DNA from: Candidatus Parcubacteria bacterium
GTDB taxonomy: Bacteria; Patescibacteriota; Minisyncoccia; UBA6257; HR35
Direction: 5' to 3'
Assembly (NCBI GenBank): GCA_026004495.1
Contig: BPJG01000001.1
Span: forward strand, 2,672-66,671
Length of the DNA stretch: 64,000 nt
The notes beneath the pieces are model-generated. The model saw nothing but the letters and a program-made list of their open reading frames with translations, did no database searches and had not been told where the DNA came from. How positions within the stretch are numbered: the stretch's first letter is position 1; every line of letters begins with the position of its first letter. The position numbers and the translations under genes are program-made. Shown one piece after another: positions 29,102-39,650 of the stretch.

Positions 29102-29797
29102 TTAATAATTTTTTGTTATATTAAATATTTTACCATCCCTTAATTCTATTTTTTCTTTACAGTTATTTGCTATCTTTTCATTATGAGTAACAATAAGAAA
29201 AGTCGTTTTTTTAATTTTGTTGATTTTCATGAATAAATTTATAATAATCTCAGTATTTTTTGAATCTAAATTACCCGTTGGTTCATCCGCTAAAACTATT
29301 TTCGGTTCATTGATTAAGGCTCTGCAAATTGCAGCTCTTTGTCTTTGCCCCCCAGAAACATAATCCGGATATTTAAATAAAATATCTTCAATGTCAGTAA
29401 TTTTAGCTAATTCTATTGCTTTACTTTTTGCCTCATTGACATTTTTAATTTTGCTTTTTGAAATATAAAATGGCATTAAAATATTTTCTAGTATATTGAA
29501 TTCTGGAATTAGGTAATGAAATTGAAATATAAAACCTATTTTTTTGTTTCTAAAATCAGCTAACTCTTTTTGATCTAGATTGTTAATATTTTGATTATCA
29601 ATGATGATTTCGCCTGAAGTAGGCGAATCAAGGCAACCAAGCATATTTAGTAAAGTAGTTTTACCACTACCTGATTGACCATAAATACTATAAACATAAC
29701 CATCTTCTATTTCTAAATTAATATTATCTAGGGCAAGAGTCGAAATCTTACCTTCATATATTTTGGTTAAATTTTTAACTATTATGATTTTATTCAT
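29102..29797 (-). CDS. ABC transporter ATP-binding protein (LolD/MacB-like)
   Basis: [26 protein letters not shown]. Confidence 0.93.
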   Translation of the reverse strand: MNKIIIVKNLTKIYEGKISTLALDNINLEIEDGYVYSIYGQSGSGKTTLLNMLGCLDSPTSGEIIIDNQNINNLDQKELADFRNKKIGFIFQFHYLIPEFNILENILMPFYISKSKIKNVNEAKSKAIELAKITDIEDILFKYPDYVSGGQRQRAAICRALINEPKIVLADEPTGNLDSKNTEIIINLFMKINKIKKTTFLIVTHNEKIANNCKEKIELRDGKIFNITKNY

Positions 29798-29817
29798 TAT
29801 TTATTTCAATATTGTTT

Positions 29818-31005
29818 TCAGGCACCGACTATAATTTTGGCTGGTTCATATTTTATTGCCTTTCTTGAAGAAATATAACCAGCAAAAATTACAGCAAATA
29901 AGTTAAATAAAATTGTAGCAATTAAAAAATTTGTTCTTATTACTAAATTAAATAATGGAATTCCTTCTGGACTTTTAGTTAAATTAATAAATATATTTAA
30001 AAGTAGAAAAGCAAACAAAGTACCCAAAAGTACACCTAAAAAACCGATTAATAAACTCATAAAAATAAAAATTTTAGAAATTTTATTATTATTCATTCCT
30101 AATGCCTTTAAAATTCCAATTTCTTTATATTTTTCAACAACCTTCATATTTAAAATACTTAAAATTGAAATGGCAATTGAAATCAAAATAAAAAATTGAA
30201 TAAAAAAACTAGATTGAGATTGTGCTGACAAACCATTTAGAAGTTGTTTGTTTGATTCTTTCCATTCGGTTAATTCATAAGGAAAATTAAAATTATTTGA
30301 AATTATTTTTTTAATCTTGTCAGATTCAAAAACATTATTAATTTGAAATAAAATAGAACTATATTCATTTCTCTTAAAGCCCAAAAAATCTTGTGCCTCC
30401 TCAATTTTAATAAAAATAGTATTATCTAAGCTTTGATTTCCGCTTTTAAAAATTCCAACAATCTTAAAAGATTTATAATCTCCTAAATTATTTTTAATAG
30501 ATATTAGATTGTCAATTTCTAAATTAAGTTTTTCATAAATGTTATAACCTATAATAGCTTCCCTGTTTTTTAATAAACTAAAATTGCCTTTTAATAAATT
30601 TTCTTCAATTCCATATATATCTTTACCGTAAACATCTTTAAAACCTATTAATCTTACATTTAAATCATCTTTATTGATAAAGTTATAAGCTAAAACACCT
30701 CCTTCAACCGTATAAATTATCTTTTTAAAATTTTCTAATGGATAATTATCTTTAATTTGGTTTAAAATTATTTCTGGATTTTTTATTTTATCATTTATTT
30801 TTTCATCGTCATAAGGTTTAATTAAAATATGCGAGCTATATCCAAGAGTTCTTTTAAGTAGATTTGCTTGAGTGCTATCAATAATAATAGCAACAAAAAT
30901 TTGAACTGCAACTCCAATTGAAATTGCTAAAACGATAAAGAAAGTTCTTAAAATTCTATAACTTATAAATTTATATGAAATATAAAACTCTAAACTTTTA
31001 AACAT
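29818..31005 (-). CDS. ABC transporter permease (LolC/E, FtsX-like)
   Basis: One N-terminal TM, large extracytoplasmic loop, EIGILKALGM, three C-terminal TMs. Confidence 0.88.
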   Translation of the reverse strand: MFKSLEFYISYKFISYRILRTFFIVLAISIGVAVQIFVAIIIDSTQANLLKRTLGYSSHILIKPYDDEKINDKIKNPEIILNQIKDNYPLENFKKIIYTVEGGVLAYNFINKDDLNVRLIGFKDVYGKDIYGIEENLLKGNFSLLKNREAIIGYNIYEKLNLEIDNLISIKNNLGDYKSFKIVGIFKSGNQSLDNTIFIKIEEAQDFLGFKRNEYSSILFQINNVFESDKIKKIISNNFNFPYELTEWKESNKQLLNGLSAQSQSSFFIQFFILISIAISILSILNMKVVEKYKEIGILKALGMNNNKISKIFIFMSLLIGFLGVLLGTLFAFLLLNIFINLTKSPEGIPLFNLVIRTNFLIATILFNLFAVIFAGYISSRKAIKYEPAKIIVGA

Positions 31006-31214
31006 TTAACTTATTTAAATTTTTTTATAATACTTATCTGAGAATCAAAAGAGTAAGGCATATTTCTTAAACTAACTATTGTGATACAAAGATACACATT
31101 ATTATTTTTTTAATAAAAATTAAAATTATTATGTAATTAAATTCTTTAGTTACAAAAATTACAAATAAATTATAATTATATTATAATAAGTCATTGTACA
31201 AAAAATGTTTTAAA

Positions 31215-32720
31215 ATGAAGTATTTTAAATATTTTTTTAATCTATTACTTACTCTGATTATTTTTGCGTTTTTTATCTTATTAATATTTAATTCACAAAT
31301 CAAAAAATTATTTTTTAAACCTCAAGAAATTATTGGCCAAAAATTAGAACAGTTAAAAAATGATAGTGATTTTGAAATTATTCTAGAAAATTTAGAAATT
31401 CCTTGGTCGATTATTTTTTTAAATCAAAATGAAATTTTAATTACTGAAAGACTAGGTAAGATAAAAATTTTAGAATTAAAAGATAAAAAATTAGTAAAAG
31501 AATTTAAAATAACACAAGTAAAACATATTGGCGAAGGAGGACTCTTAGGCACAACTCTGCATCCAAATTTTAAAGAAAATAATTTTATCTATTTTTATTA
31601 CACAACTGAAAAAAGTGGAAATTTAATTAATCGGGTTGAAAGATATACTTTAAAAATAAACGCAGATTTACGCAGACTGAACGCAGACTTACGCAGACAA
31701 GATAAAAATTATTATTTAACTAAAGATAAGATTATTTTAGATGATATTCCAGCTGGTAGATTTCATAATGGGGGAAGAATAAAATTTGGTCCCGATGGTT
31801 ATTTATATATAACAACTGGAGATGCCGGTAATTCAGAAAATTCTCAAAATATCAATTCTTTAGCTGGGAAAATTTTAAGATTAAAAGATGATGGTTCAAT
31901 TCCCAAAGATAATCCATTTAAAAATGCAATTTTTGCTTATGGAATTAGAAATTCTCAAGGAATTACTTGGGACGATGAAGGCAATTTATGGTCAATTGAC
32001 CATGGAAGGTCAGGAATTCAAACAGGATTAGATGAAATAAATCTAATTCAAAAGGGTAAAAATTATGGTTGGCCAGTTATTCAAGGAAATGAAAGAATGA
32101 AGGAAATGGAATCTCCAGTTATTCACTCAGAACCAAATATCACTTGGGCACCGGCAGATTTGATTTATTATAACAATTCTTTATTTTTTACTGGCTTAAG
32201 AGGTGAAGGTTTATATCAATATGATTTAATTAATAAAAAATTAAAAGTTAATTTTTTCCAAAAATTTGGAAGATTAAGGGCTATAACTTTAGGACCAGAT
32301 GGTTATTTTTATATTTCAACTTCAAATAGAGATGGAAGAGGTTATCAAAGAAAAGGTGATGATAAAATAATAAAAATTAATCCTGAAATATTTTTTGATT
32401 TTATAAATTATAATTTAGAAGGCAAAAATTATAAACTTTTAATTGCTAATGAACCATTAGAATGGAGCAGGGGATTAATGTTTGTAAAAAAGACACTAAA
32501 TAATAAAGAAAATAAATTTGACGGTATGATTTTTATTTTCCCTGATAAACAAACTAGATCTTTTTGGAACAAAAATACTTTTGTTGATTTAGATATTTAT
32601 TGGTTAGATGATAATAAAATTGTTGGTAAAGACTTTTTGCCTTCAATTGAAAAAACAAAAGAAATCTATACTCTAATTTCTCCAGCACCAGTAAATAAAG
32701 TAATTGAAATAATAAAATGA
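31215..32720 (+). CDS. PQQ-dependent sugar dehydrogenase (GSDH family) fused to C-terminal DUF192
   Basis: GEGGLLG..LHPNF, HNGGRIKFGPDGYLYITTGDAG, YGIRNSQG, NYGWP; then WSRGLMF..GMIFIF..FWNKNT..LDIYW. Confidence 0.85.
   Translation: MKYFKYFFNLLLTLIIFAFFILLIFNSQIKKLFFKPQEIIGQKLEQLKNDSDFEIILENLEIPWSIIFLNQNEILITERLGKIKILELKDKKLVKEFKITQVKHIGEGGLLGTTLHPNFKENNFIYFYYTTEKSGNLINRVERYTLKINADLRRLNADLRRQDKNYYLTKDKIILDDIPAGRFHNGGRIKFGPDGYLYITTGDAGNSENSQNINSLAGKILRLKDDGSIPKDNPFKNAIFAYGIRNSQGITWDDEGNLWSIDHGRSGIQTGLDEINLIQKGKNYGWPVIQGNERMKEMESPVIHSEPNITWAPADLIYYNNSLFFTGLRGEGLYQYDLINKKLKVNFFQKFGRLRAITLGPDGYFYISTSNRDGRGYQRKGDDKIIKINPEIFFDFINYNLEGKNYKLLIANEPLEWSRGLMFVKKTLNNKENKFDGMIFIFPDKQTRSFWNKNTFVDLDIYWLDDNKIVGKDFLPSIEKTKEIYTLISPAPVNKVIEIIK
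31661..31698 (+). repeat. Phased tetramer element, CGCAGAC type, in GSDH
   Basis: cgcagat 31661, cgcagac 31671/31682/31692; spacing 10/11/10; encodes NADLRRLNADLRRQ. Confidence 0.92.
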
Positions 32721-33577
32721 TTTTAATAAAAAATAAAAAATATTTATTAATAAGCTTTTCTTTAATTTTTATCTTTATCCTATTAATACTTTTATTTGCC
32801 TATGATAAAAATAGCAATTTTTTTCAAAATATCTCTAAAAATACTTCAGATATAATCATCTTTAATCCTAAAGAAAATCAAAAAATAAGTTCACCATTGT
32901 TAATTCAAGGAAAAGCAAGAGGAACTTGGTTTTTCGAGGCTGAGTTTAATGCTGAACTTTATGATGACGAAAATAATTTATTAGGTAAAGCAATTTTAAC
33001 AGCAAAGAGTGATTGGATGACAGAAGACTTTGTTAATTTTGAAGGTGAATTAAATTTTAAGAAGCCAACAACTAAGCTTGGTAAATTAATTTTTTTATCT
33101 GCTAATCCTTCTGGGTTGCCCGAACATCAAAAAATTTATAAATTACCTGTTCAATTTGAGAATATACAATATAGAAAAATTTTTCTTTATTATTACAATT
33201 CGGAAAAAGATAAAGATAGTCAAGGAAATATAAAATGTTCAGAAGATGGATTAGTTCCAATTGAAAAAGAAATTCCATTAAGCCAAAATCTTATTCAATA
33301 TACAATTAATTTATTACTAAAGGGAAAAGAAAATCTAAATCAAGAAGAAATAAATCAAGGTATTGAAACTGAATTTCCATTACAGGGCCTTGAATTAAAG
33401 TCGGTCAATTTAAAGTCAGATGGAACTTTAATTTTAGAATTTAATGATCCTTATCGTCAAATATCAGGTGGTTCTTGTCGAGTTAAGATATTATGGTTAC
33501 AGATAGAAAAAACAGCCAAACAATTTCCTCAAGTTAAAAAGATAGAATTTAAACCAGAATATCTTTTTCAACCTTAA
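32717..33577 (+). CDS. Gmad2 Ig-like plus GerMN domain protein
   Basis: GKARGTWFFEAEF, DWMTEDFV, NPSGLPE, GGSCRV..QIEKTAKQFPQV. Confidence 0.88.
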   Translation: MILIKNKKYLLISFSLIFIFILLILLFAYDKNSNFFQNISKNTSDIIIFNPKENQKISSPLLIQGKARGTWFFEAEFNAELYDDENNLLGKAILTAKSDWMTEDFVNFEGELNFKKPTTKLGKLIFLSANPSGLPEHQKIYKLPVQFENIQYRKIFLYYYNSEKDKDSQGNIKCSEDGLVPIEKEIPLSQNLIQYTINLLLKGKENLNQEEINQGIETEFPLQGLELKSVNLKSDGTLILEFNDPYRQISGGSCRVKILWLQIEKTAKQFPQVKKIEFKPEYLFQP

Positions 33578-33673
33578 AAGTTATAAAATTATATTAAGAA
33601 TCTCAACGTGATAAATTTAATTATTTATTTTGATATAGTATAATTAATTTATTTTTCATAAGAAATTTGTAAT

Positions 33674-35056
33674 ATGAAAACAATAAATATCTTGTTTATA
33701 TCTTTTATTTTTTTAACTTTTTTATTTAGTAATGTTTTTGCTGAAAAAAATCAAGAAAATAGTCATAGCAATATAACTTCTACTTTGTTATGGTTATCTT
33801 TATTAATAATTCTTTCTCGAATTGGAAGTTTAGTCGAAAAAATTAAACAGCCATCTGTATTAGGAGAAATTTTAATTGGTATTATTATTGGCAATTTAGG
33901 ACTACTGGGTTTTAACTTTTTAAATGGTATAAAACATGATAATTTGTTAGCATTTTTAGCTGAGTTGGGCGTTATCATTTTACTTTTTCAAATAGGACTT
34001 GAATCTAATATTGCCCAAATGAAAAAAGTTGGTTTGCCATCGTTATTAGTAGCTTTAATAGGTGTTATTTCTCCATTTTTATTGGGTACTTATATAGTAG
34101 GTCCCTTATTTTTTCCTGGTCTTTCTTTTAATACTTATCTTTTTCTAGGAGCCACTTTGACAGCTACATCAGTTGGTATTACTGCAAGGGTTTTTAGAGA
34201 TTTAGGAGCCTTAAATTCGTCGGAGGCTAAAATAATTTTAGGAGCTGCTGTTATTGACGATGTTTTAGGTTTAATAGTTTTGGCTATTGTATCAGCTATT
34301 GTTACTACAGGTTCTGTTGCTTTATCTAACATTATTTGGATTACTGCTAAAGCCTTTCTTTTCTTATTAGGAGCTATAATTTTAGGCAATAGCTTGGCTA
34401 CCTATTTAAGTAAATTATTTTCAAAAATACATACTGGAGTAGGAATGAAATTTGCTTTAGCTCTAAGTTTTTGTTTCTTTTTTTCTTTTTTGAGTTCAAA
34501 AATAGGTTTAGCTCCAATAGTTGGAGCTTTTGCTGCTGGTTTAATTTTAGATCCGGTTCATTTTAAATCTTTCTCAAAGCCAAAGATAGTTGAAGAATTA
34601 GAAGAATTTGAAAAAAAATTACAAAATAATGAAAAAAGTAAATTAAAAAACATTATTCATCACCACTCAGAACATCATATTGAAGATTTAGTTGAACCCG
34701 TAGCTTATCTATTAGTGCCTTTGTTTTTTGTTTATACTGGTTTGGGGGTTGATATCTCATCATTATTTAATTTAAAATCTCTTATCCTAGCTGTAGCTAT
34801 TACTTTAGTTGCTATCATAGGTAAATATTTATCAGGGGTAGGAATTATTTTCTTTAAAGAATTTAGAAATTTGAATAAAAATATAATTGGGTTTGGTATG
34901 GTTCCAAGAGGAGAAGTTGGTTTAATATTTGCAGTCATAGGAAAAAATTTAGGAGTTATTAATGATACCTTGTTTTCAATAATAGTATTAATCATAATAG
35001 CAACAACTTTAATTAGTCCTCTTATTTTAAGTTCTCTATTAAGGAAAAATAAATAA
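33674..35056 (+). CDS. Cation:proton antiporter (CPA2/NapA type)
   Basis: AELGVIILLFQIGLE, ATSVGIT, GAAVIDDVLG, GMVPRGEVGL. Confidence 0.93.
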   Translation: MKTINILFISFIFLTFLFSNVFAEKNQENSHSNITSTLLWLSLLIILSRIGSLVEKIKQPSVLGEILIGIIIGNLGLLGFNFLNGIKHDNLLAFLAELGVIILLFQIGLESNIAQMKKVGLPSLLVALIGVISPFLLGTYIVGPLFFPGLSFNTYLFLGATLTATSVGITARVFRDLGALNSSEAKIILGAAVIDDVLGLIVLAIVSAIVTTGSVALSNIIWITAKAFLFLLGAIILGNSLATYLSKLFSKIHTGVGMKFALALSFCFFFSFLSSKIGLAPIVGAFAAGLILDPVHFKSFSKPKIVEELEEFEKKLQNNEKSKLKNIIHHHSEHHIEDLVEPVAYLLVPLFFVYTGLGVDISSLFNLKSLILAVAITLVAIIGKYLSGVGIIFFKEFRNLNKNIIGFGMVPRGEVGLIFAVIGKNLGVINDTLFSIIVLIIIATTLISPLILSSLLRKNK

Positions 35057-35110
35057 CATTATTTTTAGTTTATAATTTAATTTTTTTAAATTATTTGAAT
35101 ATTTAAAATA

Positions 35111-37738
35111 ATGATTTATCATTTTTGGGAATTAAAGCAGATATTGGAAGAATTTAAAACAGATTTTATTGGTTTATCTAAAGAAGAAGTACAAAAAAGA
35201 CTTTCTAAATATGGGAAAAATTCTTTGCCTGAAGAAAAGGTTTCTTTATTTAATATTTTTCTAAAACAATTTAAAAATATTTTTAATTTAGTTTTATTTT
35301 TTGTTTTGATTTTAACTTTATATTTAAGTAAATTTACTGACTCATTTGTGATTATTTTAATAATTTTAGCTAATGCTTTTATAGGTTTCTTTTTTGAATT
35401 ACGAACAGAAAAAACTTTAGAAAAATTAAAACAACTTTTAAAACCTAAAGCTAAAGTTTTAAGAGACAAAGAATTATTTGAGATAAATTCTGAAAATTTA
35501 GTCCCTGGTGATATTATTTTTATTGAAGAAGGAGATATAATTCCTGCTGATTTAAGATTTTTTGAAATTGAAAATTTAAAGGTTGATGAATCAATTTTAA
35601 CTGGTGAATCTTTGCCTGTTGAAAAAGATATAAAAATATTACCAGAAGAAACTTCAATACCTGAAATGAAAAATATTGGTTTTATGGGTAGTTATGTTAT
35701 TGAAGGTAAGGGAAGAGGAATTGTTATAGCAACTGGTATTAAAACATATATAGGATCAATATACGAAAAATTTCGAAAGATAGAACAATTTGCACCTCAT
35801 TTTGAAAAACTTTCTAAAGATTTAATTTTAAAAATGATTGTGATTGCTATTTCAACTTCAATTTTAATATTTTATTTTGCCTTTCAAAGAAATTATTTTT
35901 TGTCAGATAGCTTACTGTTTGTTCTGTCATCTTTTGTTTCTTCAATTCCAGAAGGTCTACCAGTAATTATTACTGTTTTACTTGTTATTAGTGCTTATGC
36001 TTTATATAAGAAAAATATTTTAGTTAAAAATATACAGGCAACTGAAAATTTATCTGTGATCAATCTTTTATTATCAGATAAAACTGGTACTTTAACCGAA
36101 AATGTTATGACTATAAGAAAAATATTTGTTACTAGTGAGGAAATTGAAATTACCGGTGAAGGCCATAATCTAGAAGGTAAGTTTTTAAAAGATGGGAAAG
36201 AAATAAATATTTTAGAAAACTACCCCTTGGTTAAGCTTTTAAATATCTGTGCTATTGTAAGCGAAGGTTCAATAATTAAAAATGGAGATTTAAAGGTTAA
36301 AGGCAATCCTAGAGATATTGCTTTACTTATTTTGTTAGAAAAATCTGGTTTTAAAAGAGAAGAAATTTTAGAAAAAGAAAAAATAAAGAAAAGAGAGTCA
36401 TTTTCTAGAATTAAAAAACATAAAAGAGTTATTGTAGAACATGAAAGAATTGAATCTTACTATTTAGGTGCCTTCGAAAAAATAATTAATTATTGTAATT
36501 ATATTTTAACTTACGAAGGAGTAAGGGAATTTAAAAATAAAGAAGAAATTTTAAATAAAGCTATTGAATATGCTAATAATGGTTTTAGTATCTTAGCTGC
36601 TGCTTACAACGAAGGAGAAAAAGAAGAAAACTTAATTTTTGTTGGTTTAATTGCTTTATATGATCCTCCTAAAAAAGGGGTTAAGGAGACTATTCAAAAA
36701 TTAAAATCTGCTGGAATTGATATTAGAATTTTAACAGGCGATCATAAAGCAACAGCAGTTTATATTGCTAAAGAAATTGGTTTTGAAAATATAAATGCAG
36801 TTGATGAAGATGAAATTAGAAATTTACCTGAAGAAAAATTAAAAGAAATATTAAAAAATATTTATATTTTTGCTAGAATTACTCCTGAAACTAAACTTAA
36901 AATTTTAGAACTTTATCAAAAATTAGGTTATTCAGTTTCTTATATTGGTGATGGTGTTAATGATGTCTTAAGTTTAAAAAAAGCAGAGGTTGGTGTTTGT
37001 ATGGGGAAACGTGGTTCAGAAATTGCTAAATCGGCAAGTGATATTATATTAATTGATGATAATTTAGAAAGTTTACTTTCCGGCTTTATTGAAGGAAGAA
37101 AAATATTTAACAATCTTAAAAGAGTTGTTTTCTTTTTGATTACCACTAATGTTGCTGAAAGTTTAACAATTTTAACTGCTTTGATTTTAGGTTTCCCATT
37201 TATTTTAAAACCAACTCATATTTTATTTTTAAATTTTGTGACTGATACTTTAATTGGAACTACCTTAGCTTTCGAAAAAGAACATGGTAATGAACTTCAA
37301 TCAAAACCAAGAAATCCCAAAGAATCTTTGATAAGCCTTGATTTATTGCCCTTTCTTTTAATGATGGCATCAATAATGATGATATTGACTGTTTTAATTT
37401 TTAGCATTGAATATTTATTTGATTTAGATAAAGCTAGAACTTATGCGTTTTTAGTTATGAGTCTAACCCAGCTTTATAATGCTTTAAATTTAAGATCTTT
37501 AAATAAAACTATATTTAGATTAAATTTTAAGCTAAATCCTTACATAATAGTTGGAATTGTTTTATCATTATTTTTACAATATTTTGTAATTTTTAATCCA
37601 ATAGCTCGTTCAATTTTAGGATTTAGTCAAATAACTTTATTTGAATTTTTTATTATTTTACTGTTAAGCTCTATTGTTTTGGTAGTAGGTGAGTTGTATA
37701 AATTTATTAAACAAAAATTCATTAAGATAAATAAATAA
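35111..37738 (+). CDS. Cation-transporting P-type ATPase (type II, Ca2+/Mg2+-like)
   Basis: LTGES, IPEGLP, SDKTGTLT, DPP, TGD, GDGVND. Confidence 0.93.
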   Translation: MIYHFWELKQILEEFKTDFIGLSKEEVQKRLSKYGKNSLPEEKVSLFNIFLKQFKNIFNLVLFFVLILTLYLSKFTDSFVIILIILANAFIGFFFELRTEKTLEKLKQLLKPKAKVLRDKELFEINSENLVPGDIIFIEEGDIIPADLRFFEIENLKVDESILTGESLPVEKDIKILPEETSIPEMKNIGFMGSYVIEGKGRGIVIATGIKTYIGSIYEKFRKIEQFAPHFEKLSKDLILKMIVIAISTSILIFYFAFQRNYFLSDSLLFVLSSFVSSIPEGLPVIITVLLVISAYALYKKNILVKNIQATENLSVINLLLSDKTGTLTENVMTIRKIFVTSEEIEITGEGHNLEGKFLKDGKEINILENYPLVKLLNICAIVSEGSIIKNGDLKVKGNPRDIALLILLEKSGFKREEILEKEKIKKRESFSRIKKHKRVIVEHERIESYYLGAFEKIINYCNYILTYEGVREFKNKEEILNKAIEYANNGFSILAAAYNEGEKEENLIFVGLIALYDPPKKGVKETIQKLKSAGIDIRILTGDHKATAVYIAKEIGFENINAVDEDEIRNLPEEKLKEILKNIYIFARITPETKLKILELYQKLGYSVSYIGDGVNDVLSLKKAEVGVCMGKRGSEIAKSASDIILIDDNLESLLSGFIEGRKIFNNLKRVVFFLITTNVAESLTILTALILGFPFILKPTHILFLNFVTDTLIGTTLAFEKEHGNELQSKPRNPKESLISLDLLPFLLMMASIMMILTVLIFSIEYLFDLDKARTYAFLVMSLTQLYNALNLRSLNKTIFRLNFKLNPYIIVGIVLSLFLQYFVIFNPIARSILGFSQITLFEFFIILLLSSIVLVVGELYKFIKQKFIKINK

Positions 37739-37970
37739 TTCATACTTGTTGGAGAAGTATGATATAATATTTTTTTATAACTAAAAAGTATAAAAATTTG
37801 GAAAATAAAATTTATTGTTCCACTGTTTTGGGGAAAGGGGTAGATCATTATTTTCAAAGAAACAAGAAATAATTTAAAATAACAGGAAAGCAGAAAAATA
37901 TTAATTTTAACATAATTCATATTATATTTATAAAAAAATTTTAAAATATCTTAAAGAAAATATAAAAAAA

Positions 37971-39647
37971 ATGATTAAAAGAATTTTTCAAAATAAGAAA
38001 ACAATTTTTTTGCTAATTTTGATTTTAGGAGGAATCGGATATCTCATTTATTCAAAAAATAAAAATAATCAAATTACTGAAGGTTATATTTTGGCAAAAG
38101 TTGAAAGGGGAACGATTGAAAAAAGCATTTCTGGAACTGGTTATGTAACTTCAACTGATATTTTTGAAGTTAAACCTTCTATTTCTGGCAAAATTTTAAA
38201 TATTTATTCAGTAGAGGGTAGTTATATTAAGAAAGGCGAACTTTTATTTGTTTTAAGTGATTCAGATATAAAAAGGCAAATTCGAGATTTAGAATTAGAT
38301 ATCGAAAATTCAAAAATAAATTTAACCAAGACTCAAGATGATTATCAAAGAATTATAAGAGGAGATGATCTCAGAAAAAATTACGAAAATTTGCTAAAAA
38401 ATTTAAATGATATTTTCATAGATTATCCCGATGATTTAGAAACAATAAGAAAAACTTATTTTGATAAAGATCTAGATCCTTTTAAGGACAATATTGATTA
38501 CTATCTTTATTATTTTCCACAAAGTCAAGTAAATTCTACTAATCTTCAAAAAACATATAATGAGTTAAAAAATAATTTTGTTTTAATTTCTCAAAATCTT
38601 CAAGAAGCAAAATTTAATACCCAAAATGCTAAATATGATTTAACTAAAAATTCTTATGATCTTCTTTTAGAAACCCAAGATTTTGTTAAATCTGGTTTAG
38701 ATTTAATCAGAAGATTAAAGGAAGATTTAAGTTTAAGTCAATCCTATCATACAAAACAAGAAATTATTGATAGGCATTATAATGATCTAAATTCTATTTA
38801 TGAAAAATATAGTGGTTATATTGATTATCTATCTTCAATGGTAAACACTTTAAATAATTACCAAGATACACTTAAACAAAAAGAATACGATATCCAATCT
38901 TTAAAACTTGCTATTCAACAGAAAGAAAATAAGCTAAATGATTTAAAAGAAGACTTAAAAGATTATTATATTTATGCTCCTGTCGGAGGCATAGTTCAAG
39001 ATATTAATGTTAAATTAAATGATATTGTTTCCCCTAACTCTGTTTTGATGAAGATCGTTTCTAACGAAAAAATTGTTGAAGTTTATTTAAATGAAATTGA
39101 TGCCGCTGAAGTAAAATTAGGACAAAAAGTAGTTTTAACTTTTGATGCCTTACCTGACCTTAAATTAAGTGGTGAAGTTTTTTATATTTCGGCAGTAGGA
39201 GAAATTAATCAAGGAGTTGTTAATTATTTAGTTAAAATTAATATGAAAAATAGTCCAAAGGTAAAAATTGGAATGACTGCTAACGCAGAGATAATCACTA
39301 ACATAAAAAGAGATATTTTATTAGTACCTAATTCAGTAATTAAAAGTATGAATGATAAAAACTATATTGAAATTCCAGATGAAAAGGAGAGTATAAGACA
39401 ATTAACAAAAGAACCGGTAAAATTAAATTATCCATTAAAAAAAGTTTTTATTAAAACTGGTCTTTCTGATAATAATAAAACTGAGGTTTTAGAAGGCTTA
39501 AAAGAAGGAGATATCATAGTAGTTAAAAAAATTGATAATAGTAACAATAACAACAAACAATCACAAGGTTTATTTCAAAGATTAATGCCTAACCCAAGAC
39601 AATTTGCACCCCAACAGAGACCTCAAAATACTCAAAGACAATTTTAA
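37971..39647 (+). CDS. Efflux periplasmic adaptor (MacA/HlyD-like) with long coiled coil
   Basis: SGKILNIY..G..IKKGELL, IYAPVGGIV, KIGMTANAEI. Confidence 0.88.
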   Translation: MIKRIFQNKKTIFLLILILGGIGYLIYSKNKNNQITEGYILAKVERGTIEKSISGTGYVTSTDIFEVKPSISGKILNIYSVEGSYIKKGELLFVLSDSDIKRQIRDLELDIENSKINLTKTQDDYQRIIRGDDLRKNYENLLKNLNDIFIDYPDDLETIRKTYFDKDLDPFKDNIDYYLYYFPQSQVNSTNLQKTYNELKNNFVLISQNLQEAKFNTQNAKYDLTKNSYDLLLETQDFVKSGLDLIRRLKEDLSLSQSYHTKQEIIDRHYNDLNSIYEKYSGYIDYLSSMVNTLNNYQDTLKQKEYDIQSLKLAIQQKENKLNDLKEDLKDYYIYAPVGGIVQDINVKLNDIVSPNSVLMKIVSNEKIVEVYLNEIDAAEVKLGQKVVLTFDALPDLKLSGEVFYISAVGEINQGVVNYLVKINMKNSPKVKIGMTANAEIITNIKRDILLVPNSVIKSMNDKNYIEIPDEKESIRQLTKEPVKLNYPLKKVFIKTGLSDNNKTEVLEGLKEGDIIVVKKIDNSNNNNKQSQGLFQRLMPNPRQFAPQQRPQNTQRQF

Positions 39648-39650
39648 AAA

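Noticed and set aside
5428-31698. Phased repeats as CRISPR arrays
   Set aside because: Units are 10-11 bp with 3-5-bp linkers, not repeat-spacer sized; most are inside genes; no cas genes seen
33763-37920. Several short minus-strand ORFs
   Set aside because: Antisense shadows of the antiporter and ATPase genes with no motifs
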